NCBI GenBank assembly: GCA_965285935.1
Contig: OZ260665.1
Span: forward strand, 76,880,001 to 76,944,000
Length of the DNA stretch: 64,000 nucleotides
Reading direction: 5' to 3'
Source of the DNA: Ophelia neglecta
Taxonomy: Eukaryota
The notes beneath the pieces are model-generated. The model did no database searches. It worked only from the letters and a program-made list of their open reading frames with translations, and was not told the DNA's origin. The position numbers and the translations under genes were made by a program. Positions 37,261 through 51,183 of this stretch are shown here, piece after piece. Position 1 is the stretch's first letter, and each line of letters starts with the position of its first letter.

Positions 37261-40200
37261 ATGACTACCCAGGTAAAATATGTACATTATATAGCACAAT
37301 ATAACAAGTATCACTATGTCTCCTTATTTTGTCACATGGAATGGGGTATGATGGGTCAATTTTGGGATCGCATAAAATATCAGCGTTCAAATGCCCTGCC
37401 TCTTCATTGACTTCAGAGCGGTGTAAACATGGATGCCACATGCTTAGATCAGCTGTCATGGTCGTAAACGAGCAAATGTGATCTAATGTAAATGCTGATA
37501 ATGGAAATTCAGTGTTCACACATTTCATACTATTGGTACTTTGTTAATATATCACATTATAAGTTACAATTGGTTCTGGTGTAATCTACAGTGCTGTTTG
37601 AAAGCCCCAGCTCTAAGAATTAGACTATAGTTTATTTTCTGTATAGCATTGTGCAGTTCAATTTTTCTTATATGATTGCATTGACAAAACTGAGTCTGAC
37701 GCTAAAAATAGCTTAAATGTTCCTAATTTAAAATTGACAAGTTAGGCTATGTTAATTTATAAGATTATTGAACTTACATACCGTAATTTGTTGTCATCTC
37801 ATTCTTATTAATTGTTATTAAATATTTACAATTTAGCACCAGCATGGTTCATGGATGTTTAATAGTAATAGTAGCTGTAATAATAGTGAGAGATAATGGG
37901 ATAAAGCTTGGTAATAATGCTTTAGTATGTGGCTAGAACAATGAGGACATACCTGTAGAATCTGTATACATGTAAGTGCAAATGGAAAGGACATACAAAT
38001 AACTCCATTCATATGATTCCAGATGATGAGATAACCTCATTTTCTTAAACACACAAATTGAACAATTGTAATTGATTTGATTTGACAAAGTGTTCTATAA
38101 CTTGGTGGTAATGCATTGCTATTTCACAATGCTACTGACAATTGATACAAGAAGATAGGTTGATAAGGTGCAGTAACTGTCCTGCCTATGATATTTTATG
38201 ATATTTGGCTAATGGTAATAGTATTACCATCTCTGAGGTAATTTTTGTCTCCTGGACAGAAAAGTTTCATAAAGGTAAGAGAACATCCCCATCACATTAT
38301 TTGAGTGCAACATTTTGCATTCAGTTGGATTTTGCAAGGTTGCAATCAATGCAAAATCATGAAAGTAAATTTTATCCCAATAATGGAACATTCTTTTATC
38401 TGTTTATTGAACCACTTACCTTTAATCTTCCTTTACTAACACTTTTTAGTCAGAAAAACATCTGAACCATCCACCTAGAAGATTTTTATAAGATAAAGTT
38501 CAATAAAATCCCAGGCTTGTTTCGAAGAATAGGCATTACACATTTATATTTGGTAGATATTTGAAATTAAAAGTATTTGTTTTCAGTCTGTGCAAGTGAA
38601 GTTGGAGCTTGGGCACAAAGCACTTCTTAGAACTAAACATACTAAGGAGGGATTCACGCATGACTGGACAGTGTATGTTCGAGGACCTGACGGCAGCAAC
38701 ATCTACCATTTTGTGGACAAGGTTGTGTTCCATCTCCATGAAAGCTTCCCCAAACCTAAAAGGAGTAAGTATACTGTAACATTGCCCATACAATTAAATG
38801 AAAAATCGAGTCAATTTGCAGAACAGAATGAGATGAATTAAGCTCATCATCTTGCCAATATTGAGCCTCTAAATCACCAGCGGCAATTCTATGGATTCAC
38901 TTTTAATTATAAGGCCAGGGCTGTGTGTTTTTAGTATGGGCTAAACTAAACTGGTCTCACAGGTTATTTGGTTCTATTTGTTATTTCCTAGTGACTTCTA
39001 AATGTTTTTTGAAAAGGATGACATTGCTGTTCCCTCTGATGGAAGGTTAAGGGGCTGAACCTAGAGTTTGGCCCTCCCCCTCTGGGAGGGGAACCCATCC
39101 AACCCTAGACCCCTTCTGGGATGGCTCCTCCTCCCCCCCCCCCCCCACACACACACCCTGATTCCCACAGGGAGGCCGCCCTACCATCCCCCCCCCCCTT
39201 AGGTGGCCTTCCCTAATCCCCCTATAGCTCCCTCTGAGAGGAGACCCCCAACTCGCCCCCTACCTCCATCTGGGAGTGCATACCCCCCCCCCCCCAAGCC
39301 TATAATGAATATTTCATTTGTTCATATCAAGCATGAACAGCCATTATTTATGTACCCTAAATACAATGGTTTCTAGTTTGTGGTATAAAGTGATAAAGAT
39401 ATTATACAGTGCAGTCTTAGTCTTCTGTATACTGAGTACATATTCTGGCGCCAAAATTAATCAGCCTGCTGGTGTTTGAGAGAATGTATCATGTTGGCTG
39501 TGTTTATATTTTTGGTCTTTTTATTGTGCCAGACAGTGCCTCTGATGTCTGAGGCTTTGAACCAGTGCTTGTGGTTGGCCAGACACATCTGTTGCTGATT
39601 TCATTTAAAAGTAACTCTGTTGGAGCCAGGGCCATAAAAAAACCAAATGATGATTAAGTTACATTAATGTCCCTGCCACACTTTTACCCTAGATAATGAT
39701 CACAATTATTGGGAGTAGGGAAAATAATACTCCCCCCACATATTTCAGAGAAAAAAGGAGGGTTATATGTTAAGCCATGACAGGGCTTTTTTTCGTTAAG
39801 AAACTAACACTGTTTACAGGGGGTCTTTCCTTTGCAAAGCAAGCTTAATTTTTCCCGAGCTCTGAATAAAAAATCCCCTCCAGAGAAAAATTCCCCTCCT
39901 TAAATAATTTATAACTGTATATTTGATGTGTACTAAATATAAACTATCACGACATTTTATGACTTTAACTGCGCATGTGCAACTACTTTACGGCACCATA
40001 CTGAATCGCACCTTTTCATGCCAGACGCACATGCATGTGAGCGCGTTTGCTCTTTAAAAGAGGTTTAAATTTTAAGTAAATTTGAATTTTCTGTAATATT
40101 TTCCTTTTGTACTTATCAATGTGCCAATTTTCCCCTCCTGATGGGCTATGGGCCCCTTCCCCTCCCCTCCTTTGAAAAAAAGCCCTGCCTGAGGACTACT

Positions 40201-43200
40201 GCAGAAGTGAGGATAAGTTCTTAACAACCTGTCACCCTTTATGGTTAACAACCTGACATAGCCTAGGGTATTTGTACACAGATAGAGGGTTGGACCAGGG
40301 TCAGGTCACAGTGCTGGTTGTAGTTAATGAGCATTACCCTTATGCAATATGGCCATGATACAAATGATGATCAGAATGTAATTTATGTTCAGGAGTTTAT
40401 GTCTAACTGTGATACTGATCATTTCAGCAAAGCATGGCTATGGTAATCCTGCTTCAATCACACTAGTTTAACTAGCAAAATATAGCATCTGAGGCCACGG
40501 TGGGTCACAGAAAATAACTAGGAATTTAGGTAATGCATGACATACTACTTAACTGTGTTACCTGATTATATGCTTCACCTATGTACCTTGCTTCTTTTGT
40601 GACCCACCGCAACTGCAAAATGCTTAATTTTCTAGTCGACAAATTATTGTGTGACTGGCTTGGAGATTTATTTTCTGAACTGATTCCAGACACATTGATT
40701 ATAAGTATAAGTTCAAATGGTGGGGGACATAAGTTCTTGAACACCTGGTTTAGTTTAATGTTTGGTTTGCTGCACATGAGATTTGTTGTATGTGTCTTCA
40801 TTTACCATGCAGACTTGTTCAGCTTATCCCTCAATAATTGGGATTGGGATCAGGAAGTAATGCAATGTTTCCTGAATAAAAATGGTTGCATTTTCCCAGA
40901 CTTGAAAGTTGATGACCAATCACAGTGGGTTATCTAGTTTCGACTGCCACCAAATATCATTCTGTTATGAGGCCCCCTGGTGAGTTTAATTTCACCTAAG
41001 GATAACCTTCACTATTGGTATCTAATGTCTAGCCCCAGGCCCAAGGTCCTTCCCAGACCAGTTTTATGTGCTCCTGTCCTGCCTCTTCCTGCCCTTTATC
41101 ACCTTAAACTAAACTGAAAACTGCTGTGAAATGAATAAACAAGGAATGTGTTTGATACATAGCCATATGAATGCCCACATCTGGCAGGTTATGATATTTC
41201 TTTCATCAGTTATTACCCTCAATTTTAAACTGGCTGTCTGTTTTGTTTGACCGGGTATGATATTCGCCTGTCCAGGAATGGTTATATTGCTTTTATAGCG
41301 TTGGGTATCTTTCTCGCTTGGCTGGTCACATTGATAGTGTGGTAATGTGATTTATAGTTCCTCTTTCATTGCTAGTCTCAATTTGTGAGAGTGGACACCT
41401 GCTGCTATCACCATAGTGTGAGGCAGTGCTCCTTATAAAAGCTGCTTTCTGTATGGGAATGCAGTGGAATCGGCTCCCCTACTATAATTTACAAAGCAGA
41501 CAGTAACCAGTGATATGGGTGACAAATGTTTTGTTTCCAGTTTTCTTCCATGTACTTTTAGTGCCAAGGGCTTCTTAAATTGGCCCAACTTTTGATATAG
41601 GTAAAGTGCCAAGGACCTCTGAAATTGGCTCTGTTTTACCTAGTATTCCTTTAAAAAACAGCCCCATAAAACCCTCTATTAGCTCCTATTCCACTGCAGG
41701 TTTGTTTTATATCATTGCTGAGGTTCTGCCCTTTTAGAAAATATATAGTTTGGGGATATGTAGTTGTTATACAAGTGACAAATTTATGTTTTGTTTCCGG
41801 TTTTTCTATAACAATAAAATCGGCCCTACTTTTGATTTAGGTAAAGTGCCAAGGAACTCATAGGCAGACATAAAACTTCAGGAAATATACCTATTCTTGA
41901 GGCACTTTACAGACATCAAAAATGTTTATTAGTTTAGCACCCAAAGGGTTAAAATGATTTAATTTCACAGATAACAGTCATATAAACCTTGATTTCTGTA
42001 AAATGATTGCAACTATTAATGCTTGCGTTTTTTTCTCAGTCCCGAAATTCACTAATCAATTCGCTGCGAATAATTTGCAGTTTTACAATATCTCATCCCT
42101 TTAGATGGTATCAAGAGTTGTTTCAAATTGACACCTATTCTTGTATTTATACCCTAGGATGTTAAGTGTTGAGCCTGATATTCCTATGTGCTGTGTTTTA
42201 TCAGGCAAGGTTCATGACTGTTTGCATGCAGATTCAATTAGAACCATGTTGGGTGGTGCTGCCCACTTTCACTGAGGTGATCTGTGGTATCAGTTGAAGA
42301 GTCCATGCATCAGAATCTGACTATGAGCCCCTAGAGGTTGACCCCTTCTCCATGGATGTAAGGGGGTCAGCTCACCATCTTACTGAGATCTGAGACATAC
42401 TTTGGTCAAACTGAGATCTGAAACATACTCTCAAGAACAAAGGGAAAACAACAAAGTGGGCAGCACCTCTGAGAAGGGTTCACATGTGTAGAAATACTTT
42501 TTACCTTTGCCATCAAGTGTAATCCTATAACTATGAATTACAAAATACAAAATGTCATTAGAAAATGACAACATTGTCTATATGTTCAGTGAATTATTAA
42601 TAATATAATAAACAGCCAGCAACAGTACATCACAATTAATAACTACATGTATTCTGCAATAAGAATTGGATTATTTTGGACTATTCTCATAATTTTGTAA
42701 CAAGGAACCACTCATAGTGTTCCACATTACATAGGCTGGGCCTACTTTTAATTATCACTGCTGTGGAATTATATATAATAGCACATCTCCTTTACTGGGT
42801 GAAGGTCATCAAGTTATTCATATATGACAGGCTTGTTAAGTAACCCTGTTATTATTTCAGCCATAAAGGAGCCTCCCTACTCGGTGAGTGAGAGTGGCTA
42901 TGGAGGTTTTACTCTGCCAATCGAAATATACTTCAGGAACAAGGAGGAGCCGCGGAAAATTCGTTTTGAGTATGACTTGTTCCTACACCTGGAGAACTGT
43001 CCTCCCGTCAACCATATACGATGTGAGAAACTCACGTTTAAAAACCCAACAGAGGAGTTCAGAAGAAAACTCATTAAAGCTGGAGGGGTGAGTAACTTTG
43101 TCTGCTTTCAATGGTGGATTCAGAAGTTGATCGTAGCCTGAGAACACTAGTTCCAGTACTAGGCAACGAGATTTTTCTGAAGAAAAAGCAACATTTTATT

Positions 43201-46200
43201 CAGGAGATCTCAATAACTAGACTTGGACACTGGCAATGTTTTTGAGGGTCCACCACTATTTTTATTAATTATTATTCCCGTGTCTTTAAAGATCACCACC
43301 ATAAATAGACCATAATTTTCCAGTCCCTCTGGTGACCCCAAGTTTAGTTTCACTGTATGTCTAAGATGTAAGACACAAGATGTACAGGATTTAAGAATAT
43401 TAAGATGTTATGTCTAATGAAATATGTAAAATATATGTATAAGATGTAAGATATATGTATAATATGTAAGATATAAATGTATAAATTATGTTTCTCTTGT
43501 TAGATTGGAATCCCAGGCCCGAATGATGCTCCGAGTTTACCCCGGGAAGGTCAGTCGACCAACGGCACCACGCTACCAACTCCGGAAAACAAAACATTCA
43601 ATGACTTGTTTGGAACTCCTTTCAAAGCAGACACAAGCACAAAAAAACCAAAGCCAAGCTCTAAGGTAAATAACAATGTATTCCAAAATAGCGCTATATA
43701 ATTATATCCGCGAAATGCGGATATTATGTTTTCAGTAGCGCCGCCGCCGCCGCCGCAGATTTTAGTCGTTAACGCGATAACTCAAAAACCATTGCGTACA
43801 TCTTTTTCAAATTCAACACAGCCATAGACCTTATTGAGAGGAGGAACTGATTAGATTCTGGTGAAAATCCAATAATTATTAATTAGTTAAAATAATTAAT
43901 TAATTACGTCAGAAACGCATTTTCTGCAATAACACAAAAAAATATTTGATACATCTTTTTCTTATTTGGCACAGCCATAGACCTTATTGAGAGGAAGACC
44001 TGTATTTATTCTGGTGAATTTCTGATAATTATTAATTAGTTAAAATAATTAATTAATTACGTCAGAAACGCATTTTCTGCAAAAACACAAAAAATATTTG
44101 ATACATCTTTTTCTTATTTGACACAGCCATAGACCTTATTGAGAGGAAGACCTGTATTTATTCCGGTGAATTTCTGATAATTATTAATTAGTTAAAATAA
44201 TTAATTAATTACGTCAGAAACGCATTTTCTGCAATAACACAAAAAAATATTTGATACATCTTTTTCTTATTTGACACAGCCATAGACCTTATTGAGAGGA
44301 AGACCTGTATTTATTCCGCTGAATTTCTGATAATTATTAATTAGTTAAAATAATTAATTATTTATGTCAAAAACACATTTTCTATCATATATTTCAAAGT
44401 ATAGATGATATTGGCTTGAAGTTTTGTGTCATGATTCATGTAATAACTATATACAATCTGTGTAATAAGTTAACTAGTTAACTTTATTAATGACCTGAAA
44501 AAAAATTAGTTAAGGTGGTTTTGCATTATTCTTGAGGTCACATGGAAACAACTTTACTAATGACCTGCCTTATTATTGTGGTTATATAGAAGCTACTACA
44601 ATCTGTGTAACAAGTTAACTAGTACTGTGTAATAAGTTAACTAGTTAACTTTATTAATGGCCTGAAAAAAAAATTAGTTAAGGCAGTTATTGATTATTAT
44701 TGAGGTCATATGGAACCTACTACCATGTGTGTAATAAGTTGACTAGTTAACTTTATTAATGACCTGAAAAAAATTCAGTTAAGGTCGTTTTGCATTATTA
44801 ATGAGGTTTATGGAACCCACTAATAAGTTCACTAGTTCACTTTATTAATGACCTGAAAAAGAATGAGTTAGGGTCATTTTGCATTATTATTAAGGTCATA
44901 TGACACCAACTTTAAGAATGACCTGCATTATTATTGAGGTCAAATAGAACCTACCACAATCTGGTAATAAGTTAACTAGTACTGTGTAATAAGTTAACTA
45001 GTTTAACTTTATTAATGACCTGAACAAAAATTAATTAAGGTCGTTATCTTTTGTGCCAACTAAAAACTACCATATTCACTACCTCGCCTTATGCCATGTT
45101 CCCCATTCGATTATTGCACGCATTCGCGGATATACCCCTTGCTGTCGGCCCCCCGACAGTGTTGGCCTAGTTTTTATAATGGTTTTATCAGGGTTCATGC
45201 TAATGCCATCCAAGTATCTGTTTTACACATAAAAATTGTCAGGGATGCAAAATAATTTGCCCCTCTATGCACTGGGATGCAACATTGTTGCAAAATATAC
45301 TTTATTTGCCCCACTTAAAAAAAGCCAGTGGAACACTGTTGTATATGCAACTAAATTGATAACTGCAATCTTTGAAGTGGAGATTAAAATAAATAAAAGC
45401 TGATTGCCATCTGCTAATATTCAAGTCTCCTCGAACAAGCATAATCATGAATTTACAGTGTGACAGGTTCAGAAACTAAGAAGTAATGCCCTGATATATC
45501 AGGACTGAGGTTACATGTTTGTCTTATGTCAATAGTTAAGTTGCTGTGCATACGCGAGCAATGAAAAAACAGGAAAAGGTATTTAAGTCTACATATGAAG
45601 TTACTTAGGTTACCTTAGGTGGTAAAAGTGGAACTTCCAATATTTTGGCTGTTCCAGCTATCATCAGGGTGCGAAATGATGAAGATGTAAAGGAAAAGAC
45701 GACAGCGATAACAATTAACGTAATTATTTGATGATGACCAGTACAAAATGAGTATTTTGAACCACACTGTTTCTGGGATCCCTGAACCCGTTGCCCAGAC
45801 GTCTTCTTGTTTCCCTATACAAAGCTGATCACACCTGTCACTAATAATGGCATAACAGTCCTCAAGAGAAACGCAAGAAAAGTGGTCTTTATGTATAAGG
45901 GCTGGGTAAACACCGCTGGAAGCTGATAATTGAGCTTGGCTATAAACGTGCTAGTGAAAGCTAATTAAGAAATACATGAAATAAAGACTGTTGTGTTCTG
46001 GGTAGGAGTTTTTCATTATAGTGAAAGATCATTACTGCTATGATCCTAATTAATGCTTTAAACTTGAATGAGGTGTGTATTGGATCTTTGATTGGGAATT
46101 GATCAGGTTTTATCTGAACACACCCACATATGTATATTTGACAAACCTGATAAAATATGACCCATCCTTGTTAAACACTACCGGCTGATCCAAGATTTTC

Positions 46201-46764
46201 AAAATTGGGGCCCCTTTGTCTAGGAGGCTGTGGGATGGGTGGCTCCTCCTAGAGGGTTGATCTGGGGCTGTGAGTGACCAGGTTATCCTCTGGGAGGAGA
46301 CCCCAGCCATGATATACTCCCTGGAACCACTACTGAAATGATCAATAGGGGACTCTCAACCCCATGCCCCCCCCCCTTTACATCTACTAGGGAATATCAG
46401 GTGTTTATCAATAAAATGTGACATTTTAACTCACAGGACATAAGGCCATGCCCACAATATTATATAAGGTCCCAGCATATCAACATTGAAAAACACTATG
46501 GTATGGTTGATAGGCTGAAACTGTGCTTTATAAGGGAATCTTCAAGCAAAGTGTTCAGCAAGTTTTAGTGATTGTATAAATAATTAATTAATGAACAAAA
46601 TTACCAGAATTATGAGAATCTTGCTAAAATCGTTTGCATTTATTGAAATGTTGATTTCAGAAACCTCTCACTGCCAGAATGTTAAATGCATACATTTCCT
46701 TGTATGAGATGTTAAACAGCATTCCATATTATGAAGTTTCATTGATTTCATTGAAATAATAGTG

Positions 46765-46796
<32 letters not shown>

Positions 46797-48357
46797 GATA
46801 ATGATAATGATAATGATAATGATAATAGAATATGGAAAAATACCAACATTGAGTGCGTAGTTGATTCCCTTCTATAATATGGTAGTGGTATTCACTTTGA
46901 TGTTTCTCTTTCAGGAGAAGACTGCCTCAAAGCCGAGCTCGATGACGGCGGCCATGTTAAGTAGTGGAGACTCCACTCCCTCCTCAGTCACTGCCTCTAC
47001 AAGGGACAAACCTACCACTGCCTCTGGGTCTAAAGACAAGCCAACCAAACGGCCAATTGAGTCTCCACCACCAAGTAAAAGTAGCAAAAAGAAGAAAAAA
47101 GAAAAAGACAGAGACAGGGAAAAGGATACAGACAAGAAAGAGGAAAAATCCAAGCACAAGAAGCACAAGAAAAAAGACAAGAAGGAATCCAAGGCTTCAG
47201 GGCTTCTACCAAGAGAACTCAGTCCACAAGAAAAACCAATTGAGAGAGCTACTGAGCGGTCAAGTGACAGACCAAACCAGGCTTTGAAGTCTCCTGCCAA
47301 AGCTCCACCTGGTGAGAAACCTAGCCAGGCTTTGAAGTCCCCAACCAAGGCACCACTTAGTGATAGACCTAGCCAGGCCTTGAAGTCCCCTGCCAAAGCT
47401 TTGACGAGTGAGAGGCCTAGCCAAGCTTTGAAGTCTCCTGCTAAAGCCCCGCCTGTTGAGAGGCATAGCCAGGCCTTAAAGTCTCCTGCCACAGCCCCAT
47501 CGAGCGAGCGGCCTAGCCAGGCCTTAAAATCCCCTGCCAAAGCCCTACCTTCAGGGAAGGCCATTCCTGAGTACACCAAACCCAAACCAACCCTGACACC
47601 CTTTGAGGGTATACTGAGCACTGGGGAGCAGTCAGACTTTGAAGATATGGTGACCGACATTGCAGACGATGTCAGTAATGGCTCCAGTCATAGTTTCTCC
47701 TCGTTGAAGCAGACGGGTGGCAGCAAGCCCCTTGTAGCCCTGTACAGTACCATGATGGGTAGTGACAACTCCCTGAGTGATGAGGACGATGGGGACATTC
47801 TCTCCCCTCTACGCGCCTCCCCTCCAGCACTCTTCCAACAGTCAACACACCAGGTGTCACACAATCAGAACTCACAGATACCAGTACTGGAGAGAGAGAA
47901 AACAGACAAACCAACAAGCAGCAGCAGGAAGAAAGGGAAATCCTCAAAAAAATCAAAATCAGACAAAAAGTCAAAGGAGTCAAGTAGAGAGAAAGAGAGC
48001 AAAGAGCGAAAAGAACACGAGTTAAGTGAAAAGGAGAATAAATTAGACAATGACAACGACGATAACGATAGTGGGGTGGAGCACGGCAATCCCTCTACCG
48101 AGGTGTCCCACAATACTACTTGTCCTAACACGGAGGAAAAGGCTCCCAACGGGGAATACCTGGTGGCGCTACTGCAGCTACAGCGCAGTCTGATGACACT
48201 CACCGACCGCAAAGTGCTACAAGATGTGGTTCGCATTATCGAGGATACAGGACTCTTCAAAATAAGTGACGCTACATTTGATTTTGATCTCTGTTGTCTG
48301 GACGCAAAGACAGTGAAGCGATTAAATGAGGTGATCAGCAACGCTAGCTCGACATAA
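37261..48357 (+). CDS. MLLT1/MLLT3: ENL/AF9 family YEATS-domain chromatin reader (super elongation complex/DOT1L partner), ~673 aa
   Basis: Exons 37261-37272 (MTTQ), 38587-38764, 42861-43087, 43504-43665 and 46915-48357; 2022 nt and phase-consistent. YEATS domain VQVKLELGH...[12 protein letters not shown]...[17 protein letters not shown]...[14 protein letters not shown]...[23 protein letters not shown]; C-terminal [15 protein letters not shown]...[17 protein letters not shown]. Confidence 0.95.
39781..40187. mobile_element. hAT-like MITE
   Basis: 14-bp TIR CAGGGCTTTTTTTC / GAAAAAAAGCCCTG; no clear TSD. Confidence 0.65.
43702..45170 (+). mobile_element. Non-autonomous Helentron (HINE/DINE-1-like) element with internal satellite arrays, in an ENL/AF9 intron
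   Basis: Subterminal inverted repeats TATATCCGCGAA (43703) and TTCGCGGATATA (45123); 5' short hairpin TATCCGC...GCGGATA; a short (GCC)n microsatellite; four ~153-bp repeats; 3' hairpin CTGTCGG-CCCC-CCGACAG; CTAG end followed by a T-run. Confidence 0.85.
46763..46826. repeat. (GATAAT)n microsatellite
   Basis: About 10 copies, read directly. Confidence 0.95.
47266..47553 (+). repeat. Coding 48-bp (16-aa) tandem repeat x6 inside ENL/AF9
   Basis: Consensus [DE][15 protein letters not shown], six copies, in frame. Confidence 0.95.
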
Positions 48358-50988
48358 CGGCAGTTATTAAACGGAGTGGAAGTTTTTTAATCCTTGCCAA
48401 GCACAGTTTGCATTTAGTATTAAGTAAGCAGCAAGGCCAAGTTAAGTAAGTACTTGGGTGAAGCCTGGAAATGATATCAGTGGACATTTTAATTTTGGAA
48501 TACTCAACTTCATTGTTTATTTAATCATGGAATCAATGTTCAGAGCTACATACCTAGTTTAATGAAGAACTCAACAAGCATTATCATATGGTCAATAGTT
48601 TGTTAGCAAATCTGTCTATCTCCTTCAATGCAGAACTCTCCAGATATATGTGGTTGTTGTCTAGCCATTAAAGACATTATGGGTTTGCAGACAAGAATTT
48701 CAGACTAATGGAAAGCACTATGAAAGTATCAACACAGTCCGGCCATAGCCTATAGTGCTCATCAAATTTTGTTCAACAAACATTATTTGCAGAGCCATAA
48801 TATGTCAGCATCAGGTGGGTGATAATACCTGATATACACAATTATTTACTTGTCGACCCTGGACAAAGTAGGTGCAGGAAAAATGTATTCCGAATATTTT
48901 AGTTTTAAGGGCTAAAGCTGTTTGTCAATGTGGTGTGAAGACAGTTTAAGGCTACCTTTTGGCTGTATTATTGTCCTAGGGTTTACTAACCACTGAATGG
49001 TTCTGTGGATATGTATTGAGCTCTTGGCTGGTGGTTCATAAATGTGAGTTTATCTGCTGAGTTTAAATGATTATAATTAGCCTTAATTAATGAAATTCTT
49101 ACTGGTGGTAATTGCTGGAATGGAAGTACTAGTAAAATGTATTCAGTTGGAAGTTTATCATTGACCTAAGACCAGTATTCTTAGTATTGAAGGCTCTCAC
49201 AATGAGAAGAATATTGTTGCCAAACATAATTTACCCGCATCAGGATTGGTTTCAAGCTCAAAACCCTAAGTTCACTTTCCCAGTTATTGAATCTGAAAAC
49301 CATTGATGTCTTCAACCAAATTCTGAATTTACACCAAACGTCTTAAATAACCGTGACATGAAGCCTAGAGGTTTTTTTTACCGATGTTTTGCTAGTAACC
49401 AAATGTTGTCTTTTCATCCTCAGGATCAAATTTGTATTACTACTGATGTTTATCTTTGTATTATGTAATGATTGGGACTGAGTAGGGTTTTATTTTAGCT
49501 CACATTGCCTTTTACCCATTTATTAGTGTTTTTATTTGCAGTCTTTCTAACTGCAGTGTATATAGTGTACATACAAATTAGCTTTAGTAATGCTTTGTAC
49601 ATTTTTGCAGCTTGAGGTTGTTTTAGGATTTTCTTTGGTGGTGGGGGTGGATGGGTGGCCCCTCTGACAACCCAACCACCCCCACCCCCCATAGGGAGTC
49701 TTGGTGGCCAAGCCTCTTAAAGCTTGTACAAGAAACATTTTCTTTTTCCGTCTTATATAATACTGAAAGTGCTTATTTCTTTTTTTGTAAATCTTTTGCC
49801 AGAAATTACTGCAAATGATCATGGTAGACGCAGCAAATAATATAAAACTGATACATGTAGTTGCATATCTAGATTTTTGAAAAGTTGGCCTGCTAATTGT
49901 AATGGTTTGAAAAGATGACTCCTCCCAGAGATGATAAAGGGGTTAGCCTCCCAACCCTCCTCTGGGAAGAGGCACCCATTCCACATGAAAGAGAAAGTGA
50001 GGTATGAAATCCCCACCCGGGAGGGGGAGCTCAGAGCCACACTCTCTGCTTCCTTAGCCATTTATATTCAGATAATTATTTGACTAATTAAACAGTGAAT
50101 TTTAATGTGTTTTTTTTCAAGTCTGTAATAGTATTTCAGTGTATTGATATACATGTTCTGGTGTTTTGATAATCATGTACCATTTGCTTTTTGTTGAGCT
50201 GAAATGCTGAACAGCTTCTCAAATAATGGGCTTATATTTGATGCAATTGGAAAAAGATTCGGGAGCTTGCAAATTTTCCAAATTAAGTACTAATCAAGAA
50301 AAAAAGTCTTGCTAGTAGACATTTCTTGTGTGAGATTTTACTCCTTGGCCTACTTTCAAGCTAAGTCACATCCTACCATTAAACAATTTCATGTCACAAA
50401 TATAGGCCAAAGTCTGCTAGAATGTTCATGCTTTGGTAAATTCCTACATTTGTAGTACAGTCAAAAAAGAATCTTCATCAGCAGGAAAATTTCTCTAATC
50501 ACATTGACTATAAATTTTTTTCACATGGAATTTGGCTGCTGAGCAATGCTAGAGAGTGAATGCCTACCAAAAATAAGGCAACATAGGGTTATCACATACC
50601 CTATTCTCAGCAATAAGCACCATGGGCTTGAATATTTATTTGGAATTTTTGTGCTTAAAACCCCCAAGAATCTAGTGAATTGAGGTTGAATGGAAATATT
50701 TTGACAGAAAATGGAGGGCGGGAGCTTATGAAAGCATGGGTGCTAATTACAAAGATACAGTACAGCAAGTCTGTGAATTTCATGAAAATCAAGAAGTTTG
50801 CAAAAACAATCGGCTCCAGCGTAATTTGCCAATTTACACTACTGCATTCTGAGCAAGTTCAATTCTGTTAAGGGTCACAAATCTCTTGCCGCTGAACCTC
50901 TTCAAGGCCTAGCCTACTATCACAGCCTCTTGTATGTTGTTGAACATACCTATCCGCCCACGCATTGTTTATCTACTGTACATAGTAC

Positions 50989-51183
50989 CATAGGCTGTCG
51001 TTATCTGATACGGCCCCTTTGTACTACCAATAAGCGAGCGAAGGTACACAACACAAACCTGGCGCCTGAAATAACCGTCCGATATTAACCGCATAAAAAA
51101 CCACTTACCTATGACTTCCCGTCAATAACAACGTAAGCTTATTGGTAGTACACAGGGGCCGTACCAGAAAACGACAGCCTATG
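50989..51183. mobile_element. MITE with 47-bp TIRs and a perfect 8-bp TSD (P-element- or hAT-like)
   Basis: TIRs CATAGGCTGTCG...CCAATAAGC match at 44/47 positions; CATAGTAC flanks both ends (50981-50988 and 51184-51191). Confidence 0.9.

Noticed and set aside
38390-38500. ~110-bp sequence repeated at ~62155-62265 as a possible ncRNA
   Set aside because: No structure or box motifs were seen; most simply a dispersed repeat fragment.
43504-43665. Suspected frameshift in ENL/AF9 exon 4
   Set aside because: The exon is 162 nt and reads through cleanly (IGIPGP...[10 protein letters not shown]...SSK).
46911-48341. Long minus-strand ORFs (249, 158 and 103 aa)
   Set aside because: Antisense shadows of the ENL/AF9 last exon.
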